NCBI GenBank assembly: GCA_035606035.1
Contig: DATNGE010000197.1
Coordinates: forward strand, 1 to 42,341
Length of the DNA stretch: 42,341 nt
Direction: 5' to 3'
Source: Stellaceae bacterium
Lineage (GTDB): Bacteria > Pseudomonadota > Alphaproteobacteria > ATCC43930 > CGMCC-115725
Position 1 is the stretch's first letter; each line of letters begins with the position of its first letter. A model generated the notes under the pieces. That model was not told the DNA's origin. It worked only from the letters and a program-made list of their open reading frames with translations, and ran no database searches. Made by a program: the position numbers and the translations under genes. Shown here piece after piece: positions 26,159-34,641 of this stretch.

Positions 26159-26233
26159 TCACGGCTCGGTGTCGCGGACGACCGGTGTCCGGAGCGTGCC
26201 GAGATTGCCGATCGTCAGCACGACTTCGTCGCC
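26159..26233 (-). pseudogene. relic 3' end (24 codons plus stop) of an FAH-family gene
   Basis: It translates to GDEVVLTIGNLGTLRTPVVRDTEP*. The intact-end copy at 27550-27624 reads GDEVVLTIGNLGTLRTPIVRDNEP*. The two copies are 70/75 nt identical. Confidence 0.65.
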
Positions 26234-26313
26234 GCGCGGGCGTTGCATTGCCCTTGTCGGCAGCGCCCGATTCCCGCACTCTTTACGGGGCAACAAAATT
26301 TCGGGGGAACGAC

Positions 26314-27540
26314 ATGCGACCATCGCGACGCAACCTTTTTCAAGCCGTCGGTGCCGGGGCGGCGCTGCTGGCGGCCGGCACGCCCGACGTCAATGCTGCG
26401 GATGCTCCGGCAACGCCGCCCGCCGCAGCGCCTGCAACCCCGCCGGCGCTGCCACCCGATTTCGGTAAGGCCAGCAGCGCCAACAATCCCGTGAACATCG
26501 TCAGCCCCGAGCATCTCGAGGCCACGGCGCGTAAGACGATCTCGCCTGGGCGGTTTGCGATTACCGGCTGGTCCGGCGAAGGCCTGACCTATCGCGCGAA
26601 CCGCGCTTCGCTCGATGCGACACCGATCCTGACGCGCCGGCTACAGCGCATCGATGAGAAGGCGATCGATCTGCGCACGTCGATCCTCGGTCACGAACTG
26701 CCGTTCCCGATGATCACCTGCCCGATGGGCGGGCATGGCAGCTTCCATGTCGATGCCGAGGTGGCAACAGCGGGCGGCACCGGGGCCGCCGGTACGCTCT
26801 ACGTCTCGTCGGGTGCGTCGACCCGGCCGATGGAAGACATCGCCAAGGCGACACCCGGTCCCAAATGGTTCCAGATCTACATGAACCGCGATATGGAGCT
26901 GAACCGCTGGCTGGTGCAGCGTGCGAAGGGCGCGGGCTTCACGGCAATCGTGCTCACCGCCGACGCGCTAGGCCCCGGGCAGAGCGATGAATACATCGCC
27001 TTGGGTCGGCCGCGCGATCCGACGCTCACCGTCGGCAATCATGATCCGCGTTACGGCGGGCGCGGCAATTTCGGCGACCTGAAGCGCGATCTCAGCTTCT
27101 CCGACATCAGCTTCCTGCATGAGGCATCGGGGCTTCCTGTCGTTGTAAAGGGCGTTGTCGAACCCGAGGACATCCGCGAGGCGCTTGCCTCGGGCGCCGC
27201 CGCGATCTGGGTCAGCAATCACGGCGGCCGGCAGATGGATGGCGGCCCTGGCTCCTTCACCCTGCTGCGCCCGGCGGTAGACGCGGTTCAGGGCCGCGTG
27301 CCGATCGTCTTCGACAGCGGCGTGCGGCGCGGTGTCGACGTCTTCAAGGCAGTGTCAATGGGCGCAACGGTTTGCGCGGTGGGCCGGCCCGTGCTCTGGA
27401 GCCTCATGTGCGGTGGCGCGCCGGGGGTGAAGAGCGTTTACGACTGGATGGCGGGTGAGCTTCACTCGACGATGCTGCTCTCCGGCGTCTCCCGGGCGAA
27501 GGACCTGACGCCCCGCAACATCGCTGCTACCAAAATTTAG
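26314..27540 (+). CDS. FMN-dependent alpha-hydroxy-acid oxidase/dehydrogenase (LldD/glycolate oxidase family) with a Tat-type signal peptide
   Basis: The family signature VSNHGGRQMDG is present. The N-terminus MRPSRRNLFQAVGAGAALLAAGTPDVNA-AD is followed by a Pro/Ala-rich linker. ATG is at 26314. Confidence 0.9.
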   Translation: MRPSRRNLFQAVGAGAALLAAGTPDVNAADAPATPPAAAPATPPALPPDFGKASSANNPVNIVSPEHLEATARKTISPGRFAITGWSGEGLTYRANRASLDATPILTRRLQRIDEKAIDLRTSILGHELPFPMITCPMGGHGSFHVDAEVATAGGTGAAGTLYVSSGASTRPMEDIAKATPGPKWFQIYMNRDMELNRWLVQRAKGAGFTAIVLTADALGPGQSDEYIALGRPRDPTLTVGNHDPRYGGRGNFGDLKRDLSFSDISFLHEASGLPVVVKGVVEPEDIREALASGAAAIWVSNHGGRQMDGGPGSFTLLRPAVDAVQGRVPIVFDSGVRRGVDVFKAVSMGATVCAVGRPVLWSLMCGGAPGVKSVYDWMAGELHSTMLLSGVSRAKDLTPRNIAATKI

Positions 27541-27549
27541 AGCCGGTCC

Positions 27550-28509
27550 TTACGGCTCGTTGTCGCGGACGATCGGCGTCCGGAGCGTGCCGAGATTGCC
27601 GATCGTCAGCACGACCTCGTCGCCCTGCTGAAGGAAGAGGCCGCGCGGCCGCCCGACGCCGAGGCAGGTGCCGGTCGCGATGACGTCGCCGGGCCGCAGG
27701 GTCAGCCGCTCGCTCAGATATTCGATCTGCTCGGCGACGGTGAAGACCATGTTCGAGGTATTGCTGTCCTGCATCACCTCGCCTTTGGTGACGGTCTTGA
27801 GCGCGAGGTTCTGCGGATCGGGCACGTCCTCGGCGGGCGTGATCCACGGCCCCATCGGCGCCGCGCCGTCGAAGCATTTGGTGCGGAACCAATCGATGCC
27901 GAAACGCGAGCCATAGATGTCCTGGCGGCGCTGCGCCTGGTCGGTCGCGTCGGAGAGATCGAGCACGTTGAGATAGCCGGCAACGTAGTCGAGCGCCTTC
28001 TCTTTCTTGATGCTGCGCGCGCGCGCTTGCCGATGACGACGCCGAGCTCGCCTTCCCAAAACACCATCTGCTGCGCGGGCCTGAGATGCGCCTGCTCGCC
28101 CGAGCCGATGATCGAATGCTCTGTTGTCTTGAGGAAGAAGCATGGCCGCGTTACCGATTTATCGGGCGCGTCGCCCATCTTCATCTCGCGGAGATGGTCG
28201 GTGTAATTCGCGGTCGCGCCGAAAAGCGCGCCGGGATAGAGGATCGGCGCGAGGAGCCTGGTCTCATGGAGCGGCTTGGCCGCGACGCCCCGCGAGCTTG
28301 CCGGCGGCGAAGGCTTCGGCCAGTTGCGGCAGCAGCTTCTTCGCATCGTCCCACGCTTCGAGCGTCTCGCGCACCGAGACGCCGCTGAAAGACGGCTTCG
28401 GCCCATAAGCTTCAATCGCGGCGCGCAGATCGACGACGTTCGTCTCGCCGACGAGAAATCCGGCGCGCGCGCCCGTCGGGCTCGCATAGCTCAACAGCCG
28501 ATAAGACAT
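27550..28509 (-). pseudogene. fumarylacetoacetate hydrolase (FAH)-family gene interrupted by two compensating frameshifts
   Basis: The N-terminus MSYRLL...AFAAGKLAG (frame of 28509) continues as KPLHETRLLAPI...WEGELGVVIGKRARA in the frame of 28487. It then returns to the first frame for SIKKEKALDYVAGY...GDVIATGTCLGVG...VRDNEP*. The shifts lie near 28287-28292 (G/C run) and 28014-28025 ((GC)n run). Confidence 0.6.
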
Positions 28510-28520
28510 AACTTCCCCAC

Positions 28521-29753
28521 CTATCCCAACGGTCCCAAGAACGGCTCGCCCATATAGCTGTCGGAGAGCGGCTTGAGCGCGTCAGGCCAGACTCCCTGCT
28601 TCACCTTCCGCCGCTCCGCCGAGCCGCGCACGCGCCCGTCCCAGCCGACCTGCTCCATGTAGTAATAGAGCTCGAGCGCATGGCCATCGGGATCGATGGC
28701 GCAGGTGGCGTAGTCGATGCCGGGACGGAGCTCCGGCGGCAGCTCGACGATTCGCGCGCCTTGCGCTTTCAGCCAATCGATCGCATCGCGCAGCTGGCGA
28801 TAAGAGCCGAGCTGCAAGCCAAAGCTCATGCAATTGCTATGCGGCGAGAGACCGAGCTTTTCGCGCAGCGCGAGCGGATAGAGAGCGACGGTGTGATGCT
28901 CGGTGTTGCAGCGCAGGAAAACGCAGCGCGCGCCGTCCCAGACGATCTCCTCGCTCGGCATCAGGCCGAGCCGATCGCGATAAAACGCCTCGGCTTTCTC
29001 CATATCCTTGACGAAGAGCCGTACCGGGCCGATGCGCACGATCTTGAACGGCCGCGGCAGCATGATTCCGCCGACCTCGTATTTCGCCGGCAGCGCATCG
29101 AAGCCGCGATGGCCGGAGGAGAGATCGACGCCTTTATCGGCCGCCGCGCGGATCTCTTCGCGCTCGGCCGGCTGCGGCAAGCTCGCGACCTCGAAGAACG
29201 GCCGCGAGACCTTGAATTCGGGCTTCGCGAGGCCGTCCCAGCCGACCTGCTCGATGCCGTAATAAAGCTCGGCGACGTGGTCGTCGGGATCGTAGACATA
29301 GGTATGCCAATTCGAGCCGAGCGGATCGCGGCCGGCGCGCTGGATCTCGATGCCGTGGCTTTTGAAATAATCGTGGCCTTCGACGACCTCGCGCAACGAG
29401 CCGACCTGGAAGGTGATCTGGTTGGTCGTCACCTCGGGATTGGTGTTGGCGCGATGGTTCAGCGCCTGGCGCACGCGGCGCGGAAACAGCGCAAAGGCGT
29501 GATGATCGGTGCCGTAGCGCAGCATGTAGCCGTTGGTGTCGCCGAGCCCTTCAATCGCCGTCTTGTCGCGCGCGACACGGTTGAAGTCGAGAATGTCAGA
29601 AAGGCGGAAGCCGAGCAGATCGGTATAGAAAGCGAGGGACTCCGCCATCGCGACATTGTCGAAGCCGAAATGGCCGAGGCGGCGGATCTTGAACGGCCGG
29701 TCCAGGAGCAAGCCGCCGACATCGTATTTCTGGGTTGCTGCGGCCTTGGGCAT
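28521..29753 (-). CDS. VOC-superfamily protein, extradiol ring-cleavage dioxygenase-like (two homologous halves)
   Basis: The two halves both start (D/P)RPFKI(R/V)R(L/I)G, contain HH(A/T)xAL(F/Y)P and end ELYY..EQVGWDG. ATG at 29753 lies 2 nt after the upstream stop. Confidence 0.8.
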   Translation of the reverse strand: MPKAAATQKYDVGGLLLDRPFKIRRLGHFGFDNVAMAESLAFYTDLLGFRLSDILDFNRVARDKTAIEGLGDTNGYMLRYGTDHHAFALFPRRVRQALNHRANTNPEVTTNQITFQVGSLREVVEGHDYFKSHGIEIQRAGRDPLGSNWHTYVYDPDDHVAELYYGIEQVGWDGLAKPEFKVSRPFFEVASLPQPAEREEIRAAADKGVDLSSGHRGFDALPAKYEVGGIMLPRPFKIVRIGPVRLFVKDMEKAEAFYRDRLGLMPSEEIVWDGARCVFLRCNTEHHTVALYPLALREKLGLSPHSNCMSFGLQLGSYRQLRDAIDWLKAQGARIVELPPELRPGIDYATCAIDPDGHALELYYYMEQVGWDGRVRGSAERRKVKQGVWPDALKPLSDSYMGEPFLGPLG

Positions 29754-29755
29754 GG

Positions 29756-30790
29756 CTATTGCCCCGCGCGCTCAGCCTCGAGCGCCTGCTGCACCAGCTT
29801 GCGCATCGCGAGATGCGGCGCGTCGGAGCGGATATCGATCGTTCGCGCGCCCGGCATGCGCTCCGCGATGCGCTGTTGCGCCTCCATCACCGTGACGTCC
29901 TCAACGAAAATGCCGCGCGATTCCCGCGCGAAGCGCTCGGTGAACGCGACGTCCTCGACGCCCCAATTACGCAGCTGCGCGTAGAAAAGGAACGAGCTGT
30001 TCGCGGTCTCCGGCGTCGCGGTCAGCATGACGCGCATGCGCGGCGCGTTTTCGCGGCCTTTGTTGATCGTTGTCGTGCCGGCGGGCGCGAAGCCGACATC
30101 GACCATGCAATGGCTCGGCAACTCGGCCTCGGTGATCTGCCAGCGATCGACCTTGCCCATCTGGCCGATGTATGTCGTCCAGAGCGGTATCGGATCGAGA
30201 TCAGGCATCCAGCGGCTCATGCGCACGCTACGCTCGAGGCGCTCGGTGCTCACCGGAGAGCTATCAGTGCCGTGCCCGCCCAAGGTCTTCGCATGGACAT
30301 AAGCGACATGCGACAAATCGAGGAGATTGTCATTGTTGAGTTCCCAGCTGCATTGCATCGGCATCGGTTTGGCATCATTGCCCTTGATGACGGCCCAGCC
30401 CGGCTCTGCGAGGTAATGCCATTGCGGCAGGAGGCTCTCGTCGAGCCGGGCCGGATCGCCCATCCAGATCCAGATCAAGCCCCAACGCTCGATCAGCGGA
30501 TAGCGGGTGACGCGCGCGTCTTGCGGGATTTGCGCCTGCCCGGGAATTTCGATGCATTGACCGCTCGGCGCGAATTTGAGGCCGTGATAGCCGCAGCGCA
30601 CATTGTCGCCCTCGACGACGCCCATGGAGAGCGGCAGGTTGCGGTGGCAGCAGCGGTCTTCGAGCGCGACGGGTTCGCCCTTCTCGGTGCGGTAGAGCAT
30701 GACCGGCAGGCCAAGGAATATCCGCGCCAGCGGGGCGCGCGCGACCTCTTCGCTCCAGGCGGCGACGTACCAGCAATGGCGCAGGAACAT
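29756..30790 (-). CDS. Rieske [2Fe-2S] oxygenase, VanA/phthalate-family (class IA-like) oxygenase component
   Basis: The Rieske motif is CCHRNLPLS...x...CGYHG. The single roughly 340-aa subunit type starts MFLRHCWYVAAWSEEV. ATG at 30790 follows AGGAGG. Confidence 0.9.
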   Translation of the reverse strand: MFLRHCWYVAAWSEEVARAPLARIFLGLPVMLYRTEKGEPVALEDRCCHRNLPLSMGVVEGDNVRCGYHGLKFAPSGQCIEIPGQAQIPQDARVTRYPLIERWGLIWIWMGDPARLDESLLPQWHYLAEPGWAVIKGNDAKPMPMQCSWELNNDNLLDLSHVAYVHAKTLGGHGTDSSPVSTERLERSVRMSRWMPDLDPIPLWTTYIGQMGKVDRWQITEAELPSHCMVDVGFAPAGTTTINKGRENAPRMRVMLTATPETANSSFLFYAQLRNWGVEDVAFTERFARESRGIFVEDVTVMEAQQRIAERMPGARTIDIRSDAPHLAMRKLVQQALEAERAGQ

Positions 30791-30826
30791 GGGACGCGTC
30801 CTCCTGCCGCTTTCCCTAACATAGCG

Positions 30827-30844
30827 ATGTTGTCATGACAACAT
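30827..30844. promoter_or_regulatory. perfect 18-bp palindrome, candidate operator in a divergent promoter region
   Basis: ATGTTGTCATGACAACAT equals its own reverse complement. It is centred in the 98-bp gap between the divergent Rieske oxygenase and amidohydrolase genes. Confidence 0.5.
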
Positions 30845-30888
30845 TGGGCCGGTAGGCTCGCCATCAAAGAGCGGTGAGGGAGGCAGCC

Positions 30889-31857
30889 ATGAATATAGAC
30901 GTCCACGCCCACATCATCGGGCCGGCGTTTTACGACGCGATCAAGAAAATCCCCGGCGTCACCACCGTGCCGAACCGCTACGGCACCGGCATCCTCAAGA
31001 ACGGCGAGACGGTCATCAACATCAACGACGATTTCTTCGCTCCCAATCACCATGTCGGCGAGATGGACAAGCGCCGCATCGATTTATCGCTCCTGTCGCT
31101 GACGACCCCCAACGTCTATGTCTTCCCGAAAGAGATGCAGGCGGAGGCCGCGCGTCTCGCCAATGACGAGGCGCTCGATCGCGCGCGCAGATTTCCGGAT
31201 CGGGTTCGCGTCCTCGCCAGCCTGCCGCTGGACGATATCCCCGCGGCGATCGCCGAGATCAATCGCGTCGCCGGCATGAAAGAAGTTTGCGGCATCTCGG
31301 TCGGCTCCAACGTCAATGGGGTGCAGATTTCCGATCCGCGCTTCGAGCCGGTCTGGGCCGAGATCAACAAGCACAAAATGGCGGTGGTCGAGCATCCGAA
31401 CTTCCCGCCCTTCGCCAACGATCTGCCGGACTACAATCTCTCGCTGATGCTCGGCTTCTACTTCGAGACGCAGATCTGCGTGACGCGGATGATCGTCAAC
31501 GGCATCTTCGCGCGCTATCCCGATATGAAATTCATCGTCGCGCATACCGGCGCCGGCATGCTCGGCATCATGAATCGCCTGCGCGCCATTCCGCGCGCGT
31601 GGCCCGATGCGCAGGAGAAGATGCAGCATCGCCCGTTCGACGATTTCGCGAAGAATCTCTATTACGACAGCTGCTCGATCGACCAGAACGCGCTGATGCT
31701 CGCCTATAATTACGTCGGGCGGCAGCACATGATGTTCGGAACGGATTATCCCTACACCAATCACGGCCCCGAACACGTCGAGGAGTTGCCGATCAGCGCC
31801 GCGGACAAGGGGCTGATGCTCGGCGGCAATGCGGCGGCGGTGTTCGGGCTTTCCTAA
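30889..31857 (+). CDS. amidohydrolase-2 family decarboxylase/hydrolase (ACMSD/LigW-like)
   Basis: The N-terminal motif MNIDVHAHI, the internal AHTGAGM and the C-terminal MFGTDYPY are present. ATG at 30889 follows GAGGGAGG. Confidence 0.9.
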   Translation: MNIDVHAHIIGPAFYDAIKKIPGVTTVPNRYGTGILKNGETVININDDFFAPNHHVGEMDKRRIDLSLLSLTTPNVYVFPKEMQAEAARLANDEALDRARRFPDRVRVLASLPLDDIPAAIAEINRVAGMKEVCGISVGSNVNGVQISDPRFEPVWAEINKHKMAVVEHPNFPPFANDLPDYNLSLMLGFYFETQICVTRMIVNGIFARYPDMKFIVAHTGAGMLGIMNRLRAIPRAWPDAQEKMQHRPFDDFAKNLYYDSCSIDQNALMLAYNYVGRQHMMFGTDYPYTNHGPEHVEELPISAADKGLMLGGNAAAVFGLS

Positions 31858-31860
31858 CGG

Positions 31861-31947
31861 CGTCATTGCGAGGAGCGGAGCGACGAGGCAATCCAGGGAC
31901 GAAGCCGTGGTGTATTCCTGGATTGCTTCGCTTCGCTCGCAATGACG
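31861..31947. repeat. REP-like imperfect palindromic element between convergent genes
   Basis: The arms are cgtcattgcgag...gcaatccagg (31861-31897) and cctggattgc...ctcgcaatgacg (31917-31947). The left arm carries a 6-nt insertion. Confidence 0.7.
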
Positions 31948-31967
31948 TCTTTATTTTGAAGCGGTAA

Positions 31968-32453
31968 TCACCGATCGTCGCCGTTCTCGAGGAGCTGATC
32001 GAGCAACTGGCCGAGCACCGCCATGCGCGCGGCGCCGATCTGGCCGAAATAGCGCTCCTCGGTCTCGGCCCAGAGCGGCCGCGCTCGGGCGAGGGCTTGG
32101 CGGCCCGCCGTCGTGAGATCGACGCGCTTTGCCTTGGCGACGGTCGGATGCGCGTCGCGCATGATGAGGCCCTTCTGCGCGAGGAGGCTCAGCACCTTCG
32201 AGATCATCACGCGATCGAAGAGCGTGAAATTCGCCAGCCGCGCCTGCGACGGCACCTCGCCCGCGCGCTCGAGCCAATCGATCGTCGCCAAGAGGATGAA
32301 TTGCAGATGCGTCAGCCCGACGGGCTCGAGCGCCTTTTCCAGCCGCCGCTGCCAGCGCTGCGCGACATGTACGGATTTGAAGCCGAAGCTCGCATGCCCG
32401 AGCGGATAGGCGCGTTGCGACGGTGCGGCGGGCTTTTTCTTCTTGGTGCTCAG
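31968..32453 (-). CDS. MarR-family transcriptional regulator (start codon non-canonical or unresolved)
   Basis: The winged-helix region reads LTHLQFILLATIDWLERAGEVPSQARLANFTLFDRVMISKVLSLLAQKGLIMR...RVDLTTAGRQAL. The first ATG/GTG/TTG is TTG at 32291, but the frame stays open and MarR-like up to CTG at 32453. Confidence 0.7.
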   Translation of the reverse strand: MSTKKKKPAAPSQRAYPLGHASFGFKSVHVAQRWQRRLEKALEPVGLTHLQFILLATIDWLERAGEVPSQARLANFTLFDRVMISKVLSLLAQKGLIMRDAHPTVAKAKRVDLTTAGRQALARARPLWAETEERYFGQIGAARMAVLGQLLDQLLENGDDR

Positions 32454-32463
32454 GTTTGGGCGC

Positions 32464-33453
32464 TCAGGCTTTGGCCTTGGTGAGGACGTAGTTCTTGGGC
32501 TCGAGCTCGGCGAGATAATCGGCGAAAGACATCGGCTGATATTTCGGCGTCTTCGCGGCGCTCCGGCAGCTCGGCAGGCATTCGAGCTTCACATCGGCGC
32601 GCACGCCGAAGAAGAACGGAATCGAGTAGCGCACCTCGCCGGTCTTGTTGATGACCCGATGCGGCGCCGAGCGCCAGCGGTCGTTGGTCCAGCGCCGGCA
32701 CATATCGGCATTGTTGACCAGGAAATGATTGTCGAGCGCCGGCGCTTCGATCCATTCGCCGCTCTTCGTCAGGATCTCGAGCCCCGGCTTCTTCGCCTGC
32801 GCGAGATAGGTGCAATAACCGTAGTCGGTATGCGGGCCGATGCCGAACTGGCTGTCTTTCGCCGGATCGCGCGGCGGATAATGAAGGAGGCGCAGCGTGC
32901 TGCCGCTCGGATTGAAGGCGGCGTGCTTCTCGAAATAGTCGGGCGGCATATCAAGCGCCACGGCTTGCGCGCGCAGCATCTTGTGTCCAAGCGCGGTCAT
33001 CGCATCGAAATATTCGAGGCAGGTCGCGCGGAAGCCGAGCAGGTCCTCGGGCCAGCGATTGTCCTGCACCCAGGGCTTCTTCGCGAGCCGGTCCGGGTGA
33101 TCGGGCGCGAATTCGCGCTTGATATAAAACGATGCGCTGGCGTCAGGATAGGTGCTCTTGCCGTAGATCGAGGTGTTCTGCGTTTGCCCGCCGAGCGGCA
33201 GATAGCCGATCACCTTGCCGATCGCCTGCACTTCGAGCTTCTCCTCGAGCGGCAGCTCGTGGAAGCGCTGCGTCTCGGCGAAGACGCGGTCGATCAGCGC
33301 TTGCGGAATGCCGTGATTGCCGAGGAAATAGAAGCCGAGGGTTTCGCTCGCCGTGCCGATCGCCTGCGCGGTCGCTTCGAGCGCGCCTTTCTCGCCGGCG
33401 AGATAGGGGCCGATATCGATCACCGGGATTTTCATGTCGGCCAGGCTTTTCAT
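32464..33453 (-). CDS. 2-oxoglutarate/Fe(II)-dependent oxygenase (isopenicillin N synthase-like family)
   Basis: It has the N-terminal IPVIDIG, the HxD facial triad in GPHTDYGYCT, the distal His in APHRVIN and the RxS motif in RYSIPFF. Confidence 0.9.
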   Translation of the reverse strand: MKSLADMKIPVIDIGPYLAGEKGALEATAQAIGTASETLGFYFLGNHGIPQALIDRVFAETQRFHELPLEEKLEVQAIGKVIGYLPLGGQTQNTSIYGKSTYPDASASFYIKREFAPDHPDRLAKKPWVQDNRWPEDLLGFRATCLEYFDAMTALGHKMLRAQAVALDMPPDYFEKHAAFNPSGSTLRLLHYPPRDPAKDSQFGIGPHTDYGYCTYLAQAKKPGLEILTKSGEWIEAPALDNHFLVNNADMCRRWTNDRWRSAPHRVINKTGEVRYSIPFFFGVRADVKLECLPSCRSAAKTPKYQPMSFADYLAELEPKNYVLTKAKA

Positions 33454-33576
33454 TTAGGAATGGTGTCGAGCGTCGTCTCAAGCGCGGTCATGGCATCCTC
33501 TCGAGCAGAAACGCTAGAGATGCGTACAGGCCGAGTCAATCGTGCTAGGGTGCGCCTAACGGGGAGGAAACGAGCG

Positions 33577-34599
33577 ATGCGTAGGCTTTGGCTGGTAGCG
33601 GTGGCGGCGAGTTTGGTGCTGCCGCGTTGGGCGGCCGCGGCGGATTGGCAGCCGAATGCCGCGATGATGGCGCTCTATGAGAAGGCGAAAGCCGAGAAGG
33701 AAGTATCGCTCTGGACGCCGGCGCAGATCGAGGGCGGTTGGGTCAACGACCAATTTGCCAAGCGTTTCCCCGGCATCACGGTCAATCTCACCGCCGATCT
33801 GCAGGGCGCGACCAAGATCATCGCCGAAGCGCGCGCCGGCCGCCACACGGTCGACAACTGGACCTTCGCGATCGGCGGCATGCTGGAGGTTCAGAAACGC
33901 GGCTTGCTCGCGAAGCAGGATTGGGCGGCTTACGGCATCGATCCCAAGGATACGTTCTTCGACGGCGAGGCCGCAGCGACGCATAATTTCGTCTACACCA
34001 CGATCTATTCGAAAGCGGCGGTAAAGCCCGCCGACCTACCAAAGACCTTTGATGATTTCACCGATCCGAAATGGACCGGCAAGCTCGTCGCGCAATCCTT
34101 CCTGCTGCCGCGCATGATGGGCTTCTTCGCGCTCGAATGGGGACCAGACCGCGCCGAGAAATGGGGCCGCACCTTGATCGAGGATCGCAAAATGCTGATC
34201 ATCAACAGCCCGTCCGAGCCCTATCTCAAAAGCGGCGAGCGTGTGATGGCGGTCGGCGAATCGATCTCCCTCGCTTATCAATATCAAGCCGACGGACTCG
34301 ACGTCGCCTATCGCACGCTCGACCTCGTGCCGGCGGGCCAATTCGCGGTGACGGTGCTGAAGGATGCGCCGCATCCCAATGCGGCCCTGCTGCTCGCCGC
34401 GTGGCTGTCCTCGGATGAGGGAAAATTCTATTACGAAAAGCTGATCCACGAAGCAGATGTCCGGCCCGACTCCAAATCCGATCTTGCCGCCGAAATCCGG
34501 AAAAGCGGCGCCAAGATCGTGCTCGAAAACCTCGACACCATGGCGTTGCGCGCGAAGTATTACGAAGGCTACTCCAAGATGGTGCGCGGCCAGAATTAG
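33577..34599 (+). CDS. ABC transporter substrate-binding protein (family-1, third paralogue)
   Basis: ATG at 33577 follows GGGGAGGA. The signal peptide is MRRLWLVAVAASLVLPRWAAAADW. The motif DAPHPNAALLLAAWLSSDEGK is present. Confidence 0.85.
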   Translation: MRRLWLVAVAASLVLPRWAAAADWQPNAAMMALYEKAKAEKEVSLWTPAQIEGGWVNDQFAKRFPGITVNLTADLQGATKIIAEARAGRHTVDNWTFAIGGMLEVQKRGLLAKQDWAAYGIDPKDTFFDGEAAATHNFVYTTIYSKAAVKPADLPKTFDDFTDPKWTGKLVAQSFLLPRMMGFFALEWGPDRAEKWGRTLIEDRKMLIINSPSEPYLKSGERVMAVGESISLAYQYQADGLDVAYRTLDLVPAGQFAVTVLKDAPHPNAALLLAAWLSSDEGKFYYEKLIHEADVRPDSKSDLAAEIRKSGAKIVLENLDTMALRAKYYEGYSKMVRGQN

Positions 34600-34641
34600 C
34601 GACGGGCTCTCTCTTATTCGTGCGTTGCGCAAACCACTAAT

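Noticed and set aside
26097-26468. Short ORFs (26097-26279 minus, 26169-26468 plus) between the LivK-type SBP and the oxidase gene
   Set aside because: The region is explained by the relic FAH 3' fragment and the oxidase leader. The ORFs are out of frame with the relic and show no coding features.
32443-33576. The N-terminal 378 codons of the 718-aa plus-strand ORF 32443-34599
   Set aside because: Only the part from ATG at 33577 (SD GGGGAGGA, signal peptide) looks like the SBP. The upstream part is antisense to the 2OG oxygenase gene.
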